A stretch of 64,000 nt of DNA from Candidatus Woesearchaeota archaeon (GCA_964513145.1 CAZELK010000004.1:29939-93938), one strand, 5' to 3'; counted from the first letter of the stretch, positions 38,181 to 49,802 are shown. Notes: generated by a model not told the origin, from the letters alone. A program made the numbers and translations.

Positions 38181-38605
38181 ATCTTGCTGAAATTTGCAAA
38201 AATTTTAATTACCAAAGAGACAAGCCATATGAATTATGGTTTAGAGAGCAATATTTAGAGCAGATTAAAGAAAAAAAATTAAAAACTGCTGTCAGACCTG
38301 GAAACAGAACATATCCAAATCCAAAATGGGTCAATAAAGAAGAAATAGTCAAAATCAGAATTCTGAAAAAAAACGGGAATGATTTACTCAATATTGCCCC
38401 GGAATTTAATGGCTATGAAACAAGAGCAGTTATTACAAATTTAGAAGTAAAAACAATCCAAGAAGTTAACAATACTGACTTAGTCAATTGTTCCAGTGAT
38501 TGCCTTACACTGAAAGACATGAAAGAACATCTGAAAAATATTTATGGCAGAGAATTTAATGATAATGAACAAGTTACTATTCTAAAATTTGATTATCTTG
38601 ATTAA
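38177..38605 (+). CDS. ASCH/PUA-like domain protein
   Basis: Y.EQIKEKKLKTAVRPG; LK.IYG; VTILKF. Confidence 0.55.
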   Translation: MNLAEICKNFNYQRDKPYELWFREQYLEQIKEKKLKTAVRPGNRTYPNPKWVNKEEIVKIRILKKNGNDLLNIAPEFNGYETRAVITNLEVKTIQEVNNTDLVNCSSDCLTLKDMKEHLKNIYGREFNDNEQVTILKFDYLD

Positions 38606-38936
38606 AATTTTATTAAATAAAGTATCTGACTTAATGTATTTATTTAATCATTCATTTTATTATATTGTTTATTTCATGTCTATGTTCTTAAATTCTTATT
38701 ATAAAATCAGATACACGAAATATACTTTTTACCTAAAAAATCTTTAAATAATAGACTATGTAATTGTCTGATACTAAAAAATGAGAACAACACGAGGTGG
38801 TAAATATAAGAAATAATCTGAATGACTTATATTACTGTTATGAGTTCTGTTTGTCTAACTTAGTTAATTCAAGAAATTCACGCTCTAAACTTCAGTCTAA
38901 AGCTGATAAGAGAAAAACAAATTTTGGAGGTAAAAT

Positions 38937-40055
38937 ATGAGAGGAAAAATTATTGCAACTTTGATGACATTATTACTAGTAATCGGCATTACTCCAGTAA
39001 TGGCAGTTGATGTAGGGACTGGGATAGGTATTGACTTTACTACAGAGGCATTTACACCTAGAATCTACATGGCAACAGAGTCAAGAATAGTAACTGATGA
39101 CGATGTACCAACAGGAAGAAATGCCCCAGGAACAAATTTGGGAAATAGTAGTGGAAATGGTAGTATTACTCCTTCCGTCCCATTTAATACGACAAGAACA
39201 AACAACTATGCTTTTGAAGGTGAAAAAGTTAGCTGGAATGTCTTGGTATTTGACAGAAATGGAATTGAAACTGTTATGGATCCTGTTGTAACTTTGGGAA
39301 CAACTCAAGGAACTGGAAATACAGTTGAAGCTTTGTGTCTAAGGGATTTTATACAAAAGGTAGTTGGAGCAGACATCACTAATTATAATGTGAGAGACGT
39401 AAATACAAACTTAACTTTTGATACTGCAACTATGAGAACATATACTTGTACTCTAAGTGTTGAAAGCCCTGGATCAATGTCTGGAGAATTCTGGGTAGCT
39501 GCAGAAATATCAGATACAAGCGGATTAAGCAGCTCATTTGAAGAAAATGAATTCTGGTTCTTTAACCCAGTTATTGCATTAGACATAAACGGAGCATTAG
39601 ACTTTGGTGAAATAAGACCTGGCACAGACTCTTATTCAAGTACACTTGCAATTGGAAATGATGCAACTGCAGGTTCTGGTGTATTACTAGAAATGTTTAT
39701 TTCTGGTACAGATTTCCATGACCCTGTAAGCAGTGCAGCTAAATGTCCAGTAACAAATGAATTAGACTTAGAGAATTTCAGATATGTAGCAACAAGCGGT
39801 GGTAGAAGCTCAAGATTTGTAAACACTGGATTAGATTTAGAAGGTTATGATGCAATACCACAAGGAGCAAGAATAACTGAATCTCAAGAACTAATTGGCG
39901 GAGACGCTTACTTGGGAGATGCTGACTTAAGAGAAGCAGGCAATGTATTAGCACCTGGTGCTGAAGTATCTGTTACATTAAAGTTGAGTTTACCAAACCC
40001 ATGTGTTGGCGACTTTACAGACGGTAACATATTCTTCTGGGGACTAGCAGTATAA
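38937..40055 (+). CDS. secreted surface protein (DPANN-type, beta-rich)
   Basis: signal peptide, Thr/Gly-rich, GGAGGT SD, long 5' intergenic region, T-rich tail. Confidence 0.8.
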   Translation: MRGKIIATLMTLLLVIGITPVMAVDVGTGIGIDFTTEAFTPRIYMATESRIVTDDDVPTGRNAPGTNLGNSSGNGSITPSVPFNTTRTNNYAFEGEKVSWNVLVFDRNGIETVMDPVVTLGTTQGTGNTVEALCLRDFIQKVVGADITNYNVRDVNTNLTFDTATMRTYTCTLSVESPGSMSGEFWVAAEISDTSGLSSSFEENEFWFFNPVIALDINGALDFGEIRPGTDSYSSTLAIGNDATAGSGVLLEMFISGTDFHDPVSSAAKCPVTNELDLENFRYVATSGGRSSRFVNTGLDLEGYDAIPQGARITESQELIGGDAYLGDADLREAGNVLAPGAEVSVTLKLSLPNPCVGDFTDGNIFFWGLAV

Positions 40056-40126
40056 AACTTTTTTTATTTTTTTTATTTTTGAACCCTTTTGAAAAAAGCG
40101 TTCACGGAAAAAACGCGGAGAATAAA

Positions 40127-41251
40127 ATGAGAAAAAAAATCATATTCATTATATCATTAATATTTTTATTGTCACTAGTATATACTTCTACAACTAATGC
40201 TTATTATAGAAATCAATATTGGGAATGCACCAGGTCTGGTGAAACTAGTCTTGGGGATTTTTTTGGAAGATTTTCTCCTAGCCAGGGTACAAATGGTGTT
40301 TGTACAAAAACATGCTGTATTTTATGTGTAGCTAGGAATCCGATAAGCAGTTGCTTTGGAGGAAATGCACAGCCTATGTGCAGCTGCAGCCAGGGAGCTT
40401 CAGCTGATGCAACACCACCAGTATTAACAGCAAATTCTCCGGCAAACAATAATATTTACAGCAAAAGAACAGTTTATTTTAATGCCAGTGTCAGCGAAAG
40501 ATCTAAAATTGAATACAAAGACAATAAACAACCACAAAGAGGATACAAATTTTTATGCAATGGTTGCACTGGATTTTACAGGCAATTAAATTTTAATGAG
40601 GGGCAGAATGATATTACAATAAAAGCAACTGATGCTGGCGGAAATACTGATGAAGAAAGGGTTTTATTTATGGTTGATTCAAAAGCACCACAAATATCAA
40701 AAACAGAACCAAGGAACGGAAAATACGGAAATGGAAATTTTGTAATTTATTATAATGAAGAAAATCTCAAGACAATTACATTAAAATACAGGGAAGGAAC
40801 AAATTCACAAGTTACAAGCATAGCTAAGAATGACTGTGAAAGCGGCTTAAGGAAAAGCTGCACTTTCAATGTAAATAATTTACAAAATGGTGACTTGTAT
40901 TATAACTTTGAAGTTGAAGATATTGCAGGGAAAAAAGTAAAATCAAGAGAATTTAAAATTATAATTGATACTACAAGCCCAGTTTTAACTTTAGATTCAA
41001 GCTTGACTGAAAATATGCCAAATACTTTTTTAAGAAGAATAGTTTTAAGCTCAAGTGTCAGTGAAAAAGTTGACTTGTCTTATAAAGACTTAAATGGAAA
41101 CAACAGAATTGTTTCATTATGCAGAAACTGCAACTCTTATAACAGAAATGTTAATTTTGTTTCTGGATCGCATAACTTAATAATCAAGGCAGTTGATCCT
41201 GCAGGCAATGTTAATGAAAAAAATCTTGTATTCAATATTGTAAACCAATAA
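40127..41251 (+). CDS. secreted Ig-like repeat protein with N-terminal Cys-rich module
   Basis: signal peptide; D..PP/AP.I repeats; LCxxC motifs; start moved to ATG 40127. Confidence 0.8.
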   Translation: MRKKIIFIISLIFLLSLVYTSTTNAYYRNQYWECTRSGETSLGDFFGRFSPSQGTNGVCTKTCCILCVARNPISSCFGGNAQPMCSCSQGASADATPPVLTANSPANNNIYSKRTVYFNASVSERSKIEYKDNKQPQRGYKFLCNGCTGFYRQLNFNEGQNDITIKATDAGGNTDEERVLFMVDSKAPQISKTEPRNGKYGNGNFVIYYNEENLKTITLKYREGTNSQVTSIAKNDCESGLRKSCTFNVNNLQNGDLYYNFEVEDIAGKKVKSREFKIIIDTTSPVLTLDSSLTENMPNTFLRRIVLSSSVSEKVDLSYKDLNGNNRIVSLCRNCNSYNRNVNFVSGSHNLIIKAVDPAGNVNEKNLVFNIVNQ

Positions 41252-41285
41252 TCATTATATAGTTTTATTTTATATGGAAATGTAA

Positions 41286-43331
41286 ATGAGGCTGATATTA
41301 ATATTTACAATAATTTTTTTAATTTCTATAATTAGTGTTAATGCAGTTCCATTTTTTGTTTCTATAAATTCAAATGATCAAGATAATGTTTATGGTGTCA
41401 ATGACAGGCTTGTTAATTTAACAGTCACTATGAACAGCAACAGATACACTATTTTTGTCAATTTCTTAAATATGGAAACTGGGGCTAATGGAACACAAAA
41501 AGTAATTAACAATAATGACGGGACTTATACTATAAATTACACTATTTTAAGCCCTTCAAGCACAAACCCCATTAATTTAAGCGTGACTGCTTTTGATCCA
41601 ATAGACAGTACTTTTGTTACAAATAATTCATTTAATGTTATAATGGACAATACAAATCCAGTAATTGTAAGTCAGACTAAAACCCCTTTTATTTCATTTA
41701 ACACGGACAATTTAATTTTAAATGGGACAATAAATGATAATTTTGGAATTAAACAGGCTTTTATTACAGGAAACTGGGAAGGAATTTTTAAAAATTACAG
41801 CACTATAACCAATATAAGCAATGTTTACAGCCATCAATTAAACTCAAGTTTTTTAACTAATGGCCAAATTTTAATATGGAAATATGCTGCTATTGATAAG
41901 GCAAATAATGTTGGAGAGGGATTTTTAGTTATAACAAGATTAAATAATCAGACAAATCTCAGTATTTCTCCATCTACGCCTAATGGCATAAATGGTTGGT
42001 ATACTGTAGAACCAATCATAACTTTGCTTGGGGACTTAAATTCAAGCACAACTTTTTTCAGATTTGGAAATTCAATTTTAACAACTTATGTTGCTCCTTT
42101 TAACAGGACAAACACTATAAACGGAATACAGAAGCTGTTTTATTTTACAAATTTTACAAATAATGTTTCAAATAGAACTGAAGACATACAAAATATTACC
42201 TTGTTTGTTGACACAAAGAAGCCAGCTATAAGCAATTTACAGCCAGCAAACAATTCATTTACAGGAGTAAATGGGAAAATATCTGCTGTCATAGATGATG
42301 TTTTTTTAGCTAATTCAGGCTTAAATTTAAGCACAGTGAAATTGTTTTTAGATTATGAATTAACAAATGCCATTGTCACAAAAATAAATAATTTAAGTGC
42401 CACTATAAATTTAAATTTTATATTAAACAATGGAAACCATAATGTTACTGTCAATGGGATGGATATTGCAGGAAATAATGCTAGTTTAACATGGACTTTT
42501 ACAGTCAATCCAAACAACAACAGCCTGCTAAATGTTGATTCTCCTGGAAATTTAAACTATAATGCCAATAAAATTCTAATTAACATAAGCATAAACCAGA
42601 AAGTAAAATTGTTTTATTATGACAATTTTGACAATAAAACTGTTTTATTGTGCAGTGTCTGCAACAGTTTTAAATCTTTTTTAAGCTTTAAAGACGGGGA
42701 ACATAAAATCAAGTTTATTGCAAGCGACAATGCGAGCAATAATGTAAGCCAGGATATTACTTTCTTTGTTGACAATGTAAAACCAGTTATTTTAAGTTTA
42801 AATTTTAAAAATAAAAGCATTACAAATTCAACATTTTTTGAAATAAGATATACTGAGAAATTTTTGCAAAATATCAGCTTTTTTTACAAATTAAATACAA
42901 GCTCTTCTTTTAATGCTGTTAATCTGAATAACTGTTTAAATGGGACTAACATGAAATGCAACTTAAGCTTAAGTAACACTGGTCTGGATGGAAAGACAAT
43001 AATTTATTATTTTGTTATTAAAGACAAAATAAACAATGCCACTTCAAAAAAACAAAATATTTTATTTGACTTTTCAAACCCTTTTTTAAGTATTTTAAAT
43101 CTTAACAGTACATATAAAACAAAAAGCGTAAGATTTGACATTAAATCCAATGAAAAGTTGAAATCACTGAGTTATACAGACAATGGAAAAAATATTCCTT
43201 TATGCACAAACTGCATTTCTTATAACAAAACAAATTCCTTTTCAAACGGAAGCCACAATATAACATTCAAGGCTGTCGACTTGGTGGGTAATTCAAATAT
43301 GTTTAACAAAACATTTAATATTATAATATAA
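41286..43331 (+). CDS. secreted Ig-like repeat protein, Asn-rich with many N-glycosylation sequons
   Basis: signal peptide; DN..P repeats; LCxxC motifs. Confidence 0.8.
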   Translation: MRLILIFTIIFLISIISVNAVPFFVSINSNDQDNVYGVNDRLVNLTVTMNSNRYTIFVNFLNMETGANGTQKVINNNDGTYTINYTILSPSSTNPINLSVTAFDPIDSTFVTNNSFNVIMDNTNPVIVSQTKTPFISFNTDNLILNGTINDNFGIKQAFITGNWEGIFKNYSTITNISNVYSHQLNSSFLTNGQILIWKYAAIDKANNVGEGFLVITRLNNQTNLSISPSTPNGINGWYTVEPIITLLGDLNSSTTFFRFGNSILTTYVAPFNRTNTINGIQKLFYFTNFTNNVSNRTEDIQNITLFVDTKKPAISNLQPANNSFTGVNGKISAVIDDVFLANSGLNLSTVKLFLDYELTNAIVTKINNLSATINLNFILNNGNHNVTVNGMDIAGNNASLTWTFTVNPNNNSLLNVDSPGNLNYNANKILINISINQKVKLFYYDNFDNKTVLLCSVCNSFKSFLSFKDGEHKIKFIASDNASNNVSQDITFFVDNVKPVILSLNFKNKSITNSTFFEIRYTEKFLQNISFFYKLNTSSSFNAVNLNNCLNGTNMKCNLSLSNTGLDGKTIIYYFVIKDKINNATSKKQNILFDFSNPFLSILNLNSTYKTKSVRFDIKSNEKLKSLSYTDNGKNIPLCTNCISYNKTNSFSNGSHNITFKAVDLVGNSNMFNKTFNIII

Positions 43332-43429
43332 AACTTCTTTATATTTTAGTTGCTGGAGTATAGACCTCTTTGTAACATAATTTATAGAATTTGAAAAAAT
43401 ATTTATATCTATTAAAACCCTTTAATAAA

Positions 43430-44014
43430 ATGTTCAATTTTTATTTAATCAGGCATGGCGAGACAGAAAGTAATTCTAAAGGCATTGTTACTGGGCAAGC
43501 AGACAGCAAATTATCCAAAGAAGGAAAAATAAATGCCTTAAGTTTAGCCAATAATTTACAAAATATTTCTTTTGATGCAATTTATAGCAGTGATTTAGGC
43601 AGGACACTGGAAACAGCAAATATTATTTTGAAGAGTTTAGGATTAAAATTAAAAATAAATACCAGCGAAGAACTGCGTGAAACTAATTATGGAATTTATA
43701 ATAATAGAAAAAGAAAAGATGTAGAGAAAGAATGCCCAGAATATAGAAAAAATATTTTCTTTACTTTTCCAAATGGAGAGAATTTATTTATAATGCAAAA
43801 AAGAGTTATAAACTTTATTTCCAATTTAGAGAAAAAACACAATAATCAAACTTTGTTAATAATCACGCATGGCGGTCCGATCAGAGCGATAATCTCTCAT
43901 TATAATAACTTAAATTTTGGAGATTTTCTTAATGAAAAATTAACTCATAAGTATATTGGCAAATTTAAAATAAATAATTCCATACTTTTATCTTATGATA
44001 TTATTTCTGAATAA
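43430..44014 (+). CDS. histidine phosphatase (phosphoglycerate mutase family)
   Basis: IRHGET, SSDL.R, E.NYG, THGG. Confidence 0.92.
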   Translation: MFNFYLIRHGETESNSKGIVTGQADSKLSKEGKINALSLANNLQNISFDAIYSSDLGRTLETANIILKSLGLKLKINTSEELRETNYGIYNNRKRKDVEKECPEYRKNIFFTFPNGENLFIMQKRVINFISNLEKKHNNQTLLIITHGGPIRAIISHYNNLNFGDFLNEKLTHKYIGKFKINNSILLSYDIISE

Positions 44015-44015
44015 A

Positions 44016-45788
44016 TTACAATGCTTGCTGCAGAACTTTCTTGTCTGAACTTCTTATATATTTTACAAACTTGTCTTTTACTTTAGGACTTGATCTTTCC
44101 AATACTTGGTTTTGGAAACCTATTGACCTTTCAATGTGCTTTCTGGCTTTTTCAAGTTCATTGTTTGTTTTACTCTTTTCACTTTGACTTAATTTACTGC
44201 CAACCTGGCAAGCAGAAACAAATAGACTGTGAATATTGTAACTTTCATTTAATAATTCTTTTTCTTCGCTTACATAACTGTTTAAATAATAATCTTTTAA
44301 TAGCTCTCTGTTTACATTGTTATTTTTTGGATCTTCTAAAGTTGTTGTAACATCTATAATTGGGTTTCCAAAAGCTGCTTTTTCAAAATCAATTTCTGTT
44401 CCATCTTCCAATAAATTCGGCAGAGCCAGATCTCCGTGAATTAATGTATTATATCTTTTGTCGTTTATTCTATTAATAGGGGAGATTAATTCTTCTAATA
44501 TAGTTTCAATCAGATCCTGGCCTTCATTATTTACACCTACTCTTTCCAATAACCTTCTTTTTAACTGTGCTCTATAATCATAATTACTTAATTTTACATT
44601 GCCAAAATAAATTCCATTATTTTCAATATGAGTCCCTTCTTCAAATTTTATTTTTTCTTTAGAAGCTTTGTGTATTCGTCTTTCGTTTTCCAGGGCTGAT
44701 TTCAGCATCTGGGTTTTTTGTTCATCAGATGCATTTTCGAATACATCTTCAAGGTTCTTTAGTGGTTTTCTTTGTGTAACATCAAATGCATAACCATTTA
44801 TATCTTCGAAAAAAGCCAACGGACGTGCTACCTTTATTTCCTTGTCAATCTCTGTTAACTTGTATAACTCTTTATTTATTTCAAAGTCTCTTTTTAGATC
44901 TTCCATAGCTTTAAAATCATCTTTTGTTATATTTTTCTTAAATACAAATGTACTTTTTAGAAACTCAGTTGGACCTAATTCTAAGACTGCATTTCTAGAA
45001 TCTGTTATTTTTTTTAAATCCTTTCCTTTTTTTATAGCTAATTCTGAAGTATATTTCCATTGCTCTTCGCTATTTAAATTAATCTTTGTTGATTTTGTAG
45101 CTTCTATAAATAGTGCAAATAGTACATTAAATTCTATTCTTTTGTCTAAATCCAGATTACAAAGTTTTTTCCAATAATTTACGCTTTCTTCGAGATTACC
45201 ACTTCTTAGACCTGCATCAATTAGTGAGAAATAGTGGTCTATATTGTTTGGATTTTTATTGAGTAATTTTTTGTGTTGCCTTTTGAATAAATATACTGAT
45301 ATTTTTTCTAGAATACTCATTCTAAAGTCTTGATTAGAGATATTTTCAAAGCCCTTTTTAAAATAAGAAATTCCAGTTTCAAATTCTCTTTTTTGAATGT
45401 AAAGTGAACCTAATCCTAAGTCAATAGAACTTTGAAATCTGAATCTTTTTCTCTCTTTTTCCGAAAACTTGATTAATTTTTTTATATCTTCCTCATTTTT
45501 CTCTTTGAAAGATTTTGAACCAATATATAAATATTCTGGGTTGAAAGCTATGAAAAGGTAATTTTTCATAACTGGTTCATTAAGTCTTCTGCAAGTTGTT
45601 AAAAAATCATATGCTAAATATATTCCAGCAAAAATCCCCAAAGGATAAACCCAAGGTAAAATTTCATTTTGACCATCACTTGTCCCCTTTAACCCATAAA
45701 GATATGAGGCAGTTAATCCACCAAATAACAATGATGATACTCCAGCATAGTCCCCCAACTTTTGAATTAAATTTCTTTTTCCTTCCAT
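44016..45788 (-). CDS. membrane-anchored TPR-like plus APH/choline-kinase-like phosphotransferase
   Basis: two N-terminal TMs; IHGDL..PN, IDFE, GNP.ID. Confidence 0.75.
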   Translation of the reverse strand: MEGKRNLIQKLGDYAGVSSLLFGGLTASYLYGLKGTSDGQNEILPWVYPLGIFAGIYLAYDFLTTCRRLNEPVMKNYLFIAFNPEYLYIGSKSFKEKNEEDIKKLIKFSEKERKRFRFQSSIDLGLGSLYIQKREFETGISYFKKGFENISNQDFRMSILEKISVYLFKRQHKKLLNKNPNNIDHYFSLIDAGLRSGNLEESVNYWKKLCNLDLDKRIEFNVLFALFIEATKSTKINLNSEEQWKYTSELAIKKGKDLKKITDSRNAVLELGPTEFLKSTFVFKKNITKDDFKAMEDLKRDFEINKELYKLTEIDKEIKVARPLAFFEDINGYAFDVTQRKPLKNLEDVFENASDEQKTQMLKSALENERRIHKASKEKIKFEEGTHIENNGIYFGNVKLSNYDYRAQLKRRLLERVGVNNEGQDLIETILEELISPINRINDKRYNTLIHGDLALPNLLEDGTEIDFEKAAFGNPIIDVTTTLEDPKNNNVNRELLKDYYLNSYVSEEKELLNESYNIHSLFVSACQVGSKLSQSEKSKTNNELEKARKHIERSIGFQNQVLERSSPKVKDKFVKYIRSSDKKVLQQAL

Positions 45789-45845
45789 ATTAAACATTAT
45801 TTGCAAAAAGAAAAGTATATATTTGTTTCTTTTGTCTTTCTTTTT

Positions 45846-46946
45846 ATGAGTTTAATAAAAGAGCTGTCAGAAAGAGTTACTAGTTATTTTGATAGAACAT
45901 CATTAGAGGAGAAATTTTTGAGATCTCCTGGAAAAGATTCTTTAAAAGCTTATAATTTTTTAACTGGAAAGAGTATTTATTGTTTAGGTTCTTCTAAAGT
46001 AAAGAGAATATTTTGGAACAATCTTAGAGATATTGGTTTTAATCCTTCTCTTGAAGGCATGGATTTTACAAAGGCTGATAAATCTTTTTGGGAGTGCGAT
46101 TCAGAGACTCTAAATCTGTCTGAATTAAATATTAAAAAAGCAAATCTTTCAAATATGAATTTGTTTAAAACTAATTTTTCAAGATCTGATCTTAGTGGAA
46201 CTGATTTTTCTAAAAGTCTTTTAAGTACAATAGACTTTTCTGAATCTTATGCAATTCATACAGATTTTAGTAATTCGCACTTAGTAAATCTAACTTTTTA
46301 TAAAACAAAACTTCAAGAAAGTAATTTTGCGGGGGCGAATATAGATGATATTTGGCTTTCTAGTTCAAATTTTCAAGGTGTTAACTTTAATGGAGCCAGT
46401 TTCTTAGAGCTAACTACTTTCAGTTCTTCTAATTTAATTAGGGTATCTTTCACAAATTGTTTTTTTAAAAAGTCTGTAGTTTTTTTATCGTGCGATTTAT
46501 CAAAGGTAGATTTTAGAAATCTAAAAGGAGTAGTAATTGATAGATTTGAAAAAACCAATCTTTTTGGAACTGATTTTAGCGGTTTAAATCTTCATATGAC
46601 TTTTTTTAGTGATTCAAATTTAAGTGATGCCAAATTCATTAAGTCTAATCTTGCTCGTGCGTGTTTTGAGGAATCTATTCTTCATAATACTGATTTTACC
46701 GGAGCAAGTTTAGAAGAATCCAATTTTACAAAATCTAAATTTAAAAATACTGATTTTACAAAAGCTGATTTAAGAAAATCACAATTATTCGGTGTTGATT
46801 TAAGTTTGGCAATTAATTTGCCTAAAAATATGAATGGTGCTTATATAAATGACACAACAAAGGGATACTCTAAAGAAGATTTAATCAATATGGGGTGTGA
46901 ATTTACCTTAGAAAATCCTTATTCTAAGATGTTAGATCCATATTAG
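45846..46946 (+). CDS. pentapeptide repeat protein
   Basis: many (S/A)(D/N)(L/F)xx repeats. Confidence 0.9.
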   Translation: MSLIKELSERVTSYFDRTSLEEKFLRSPGKDSLKAYNFLTGKSIYCLGSSKVKRIFWNNLRDIGFNPSLEGMDFTKADKSFWECDSETLNLSELNIKKANLSNMNLFKTNFSRSDLSGTDFSKSLLSTIDFSESYAIHTDFSNSHLVNLTFYKTKLQESNFAGANIDDIWLSSSNFQGVNFNGASFLELTTFSSSNLIRVSFTNCFFKKSVVFLSCDLSKVDFRNLKGVVIDRFEKTNLFGTDFSGLNLHMTFFSDSNLSDAKFIKSNLARACFEESILHNTDFTGASLEESNFTKSKFKNTDFTKADLRKSQLFGVDLSLAINLPKNMNGAYINDTTKGYSKEDLINMGCEFTLENPYSKMLDPY

Positions 46947-47245
46947 TCAATTTATTTTTCCATTATTTTCCATATTTCTTTAAACTACTCAGACTAGGAG
47001 TGAGGTTTCTTGCCACGAATTAATCTAAATTCATAATTTACTGAATAAACAAGAAAAACTGTAAATATTATCCTGTATTTTACCCAACCAGCAAAGCTAT
47101 GGGGATTTCTCAGGAATTAAAAACTGCAGCCCCTTTAAATAATTATAAACAAAATCTCTTGAAATAATAATTGCATAATATTAATTTACAAAACTAGGTT
47201 ATACTGTCATAATGCTTAAATACGAAAATTCCCCCTTAATTAAAA

Positions 47246-48469
47246 ATGAGGGGAAAAATATTATTTTTAGTATTGATTTTAAACATTTTTGCAGTCAGTG
47301 CAATAGGTGATATTGGTTATGTTCTTAAAAATCCCAGAAATCCTGATTATAATTTTATAGATGCTTTCAATGAATTAAATTTAACTACAGACTTGATTAG
47401 TTTTAATAATTTGGGAAATGTCAATTTAAGCAAGTATAAATTTATTTTTGCTGGAAATCAGAGATTTGAACATCCTGAAAATCTTGAAATAAACAAGTAT
47501 AGGTCATTAATTGTAAACAGCTATCACCTTAATGTATGGGGTTTGAGCAATGATGACATTGCACAACTAGTAAGCAATGCACCTTTACAAATTCAAAATT
47601 CTAACATGAGCTTTACTATTTATAACAGGTGCTGTTATGGCAACAATATTGGAATACCTATTTATTATCTGGCAGCATTAAACAAAAATGAAAACATGAA
47701 GCCTTATGCATCAACTTTAACAAACAAAAATGATGTTGTTATCGGGTTTTTAAGAAAGGGAAAACAATTAAGCAATGGTTTAATTTCACAAAACAAAATA
47801 GCTTATTTTGGAGTTACAGAAACAAATTACTGGACAAATGATGCCAAAAAATTATTCAAAAGAACTGTTGTTTTATTATTAGAAAATCCCTTAAGCGAGA
47901 CTGATAATGACAATGATGGATCAAGTGCTGATGTTGACTGCAATGACAATGATGCTTCAATACATCCAAATGCTGCTGAGATACCTTACGATGGCATAGA
48001 CCAGAATTGTGATGGAAAAGATTTAACTGATGCAGATAATGACGGGTATGATGCAATTTCTGCTGGGGGAAATGACTGCAATGACAATGATGCTTCAATA
48101 AATCCAAATGCTGCTGAGATACCAAATAATGGTGTTGATGAAAATTGTGATGGAAAAGATTTAGTTATAATTCCACCTCAGGAAAATGCAACTACTTTGG
48201 GAACTAAAATAAATGTTCTTTTGTATAGAAATTATGATAATAAATTAATTAAAGAAACTGAATACATTCTTAAAGCAAACAAAGAATTTGACAAATATGA
48301 AAATTTTTCAATAAATTATATGACTTGTAGGAATTTAGAAACTGGATATTATGATTTAGTTCTTGTTGGAACTGCAAACAATGTCATGTGTTCGTTAAAT
48401 AATGATGTGACAAAAACAAGGTTTACAATTTTTGTTACAGGCACTGGTGATGACAGATGCGAAAATTAA
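47246..48469 (+). CDS. secreted protein with MopE-like metal-binding repeats
   Basis: [27 protein letters not shown] repeats; N-domain paralogous to 50429. Confidence 0.85.
   Translation: MRGKILFLVLILNIFAVSAIGDIGYVLKNPRNPDYNFIDAFNELNLTTDLISFNNLGNVNLSKYKFIFAGNQRFEHPENLEINKYRSLIVNSYHLNVWGLSNDDIAQLVSNAPLQIQNSNMSFTIYNRCCYGNNIGIPIYYLAALNKNENMKPYASTLTNKNDVVIGFLRKGKQLSNGLISQNKIAYFGVTETNYWTNDAKKLFKRTVVLLLENPLSETDNDNDGSSADVDCNDNDASIHPNAAEIPYDGIDQNCDGKDLTDADNDGYDAISAGGNDCNDNDASINPNAAEIPNNGVDENCDGKDLVIIPPQENATTLGTKINVLLYRNYDNKLIKETEYILKANKEFDKYENFSINYMTCRNLETGYYDLVLVGTANNVMCSLNNDVTKTRFTIFVTGTGDDRCEN
47936..48120 (+). repeat. MopE-repeat block shared at DNA level with ~51134-51315
   Basis: GACTGCAATGACAATGATGCTTCAATA at 47936, 48074, 51134 and 51272 (138-bp period in both genes). 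Confidence 0.9.
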
Positions 48470-49371
48470 CTGTCTTAATTATAATTTTATGTATATTAAT
48501 TATTAATGTAAATGGAGCCAGATATATTAATTATAATCTTTATGAGGGGAGGATATCATTTAATGGGACTTTAATAAGAACAAATATTCCTGTTGACAAT
48601 GTAAATGTTGTTGGATATAGCTGCTTAGATGAAAGATGCAAGACTTTAGGAGAACATATATTTAATCCAGGTGTTTTAAATTCAAGAAACAATACATTCA
48701 TACAATTAGTTTTTCCAACAGAATTAATGAGCAAATTTGGATATGGTGTTTATTATTACAAAGACGGATACATAGCATGGGAACAAAACCCAAACTGGTT
48801 TGGAACAGACTCCAGAGATTCTCAAGGATCATTTAATATTTATTTAACCAAGAAAGAAGTCTGCAACAGCTTTGTAACTAATTTAAGTGTTGATAATGAA
48901 GCTAAACCATATTTACCATTGGCAATACAAGTGACATCAGGGATTTCTGCTGAAACAAATTCTGGAATAAGTAATGCAGGACCATTAGAAGCAATACCTT
49001 CTGAAGCAATAAGCAGTTACCAGGCAAGGCAGCAAGTCAGATTAAGAATTTTTGATGAAAATAACAACCTGATTTATGAAAAAATAAACAATACTATATT
49101 GAATTTTGGCGGAAATAAGAGTTTTAATTTTGAATATGTTCCAAATAAAACAGGAAGGCATAAAATAATAGTAAGCAGCAAGGTGACTGACAGCAAATGC
49201 CTTAACAGCCCAGAAATTATGTCTTCTAAAGAAATTACTATATTTAATAATGAAAAACCATTGAACATGTGCTATACTATTTTGAATAATATAAGATTGA
49301 GTTCATATAATATTAAATCTGGTGATACTATCATAATAAGCGGAAAGAAAATAAGCAATTTATTTAGTTAG
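48457..49371 (+). CDS. secreted protein, possibly C-terminally truncated
   Basis: signal peptide; Ig/CARDB-like strands; ends abruptly at KKISNLFS. Confidence 0.7.
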   Translation: MRKLTVLIIILCILIINVNGARYINYNLYEGRISFNGTLIRTNIPVDNVNVVGYSCLDERCKTLGEHIFNPGVLNSRNNTFIQLVFPTELMSKFGYGVYYYKDGYIAWEQNPNWFGTDSRDSQGSFNIYLTKKEVCNSFVTNLSVDNEAKPYLPLAIQVTSGISAETNSGISNAGPLEAIPSEAISSYQARQQVRLRIFDENNNLIYEKINNTILNFGGNKSFNFEYVPNKTGRHKIIVSSKVTDSKCLNSPEIMSSKEITIFNNEKPLNMCYTILNNIRLSSYNIKSGDTIIISGKKISNLFS

Positions 49372-49434
49372 ATTTTGTTATTTATAAGTAGTACTAAGCG
49401 AAATATTTATAAAGAGTTATTTCTTATTTATTTT

Positions 49435-49710
49435 ATGGTTTTAGAAAAAGATGTACTTAGGGAAAAATTAAAGGAGATTAATCCTATTTTAAAAAAGGCT
49501 ATTATAAATTCTGGCTTAGATTTACCAATGAAGAAAATAGGCAATTATGATGGCGAATTAAACCAAGATGATCAAATTAGATTAACTAATAGACGCAGAA
49601 GATATGCTGAAGTAAGGGATATTCTTTTAAATTTAAGAAACAGATACTGCTTAAGCCAGACAGAATATGAACAGGCAAACAAATATGTTGTTGATTCTTT
49701 AGGCATATAG
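49435..49710 (+). CDS. hypothetical protein
   Basis: ATG 49435 (MVLEKD). Confidence 0.5.
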   Translation: MVLEKDVLREKLKEINPILKKAIINSGLDLPMKKIGNYDGELNQDDQIRLTNRRRRYAEVRDILLNLRNRYCLSQTEYEQANKYVVDSLGI

Positions 49711-49802
49711 TCAGATGAATTTTTTATAATTTTGACTTAGAAATATATTTTCTAACAAGCATTATTTAAGTATAATAATACTTATATATAAAATTTTAAT
49801 TC

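Noticed and set aside
46950-47240. Possible ncRNA in the intergenic region
   Set aside because: No convincing stems or conserved motif recognised by eye
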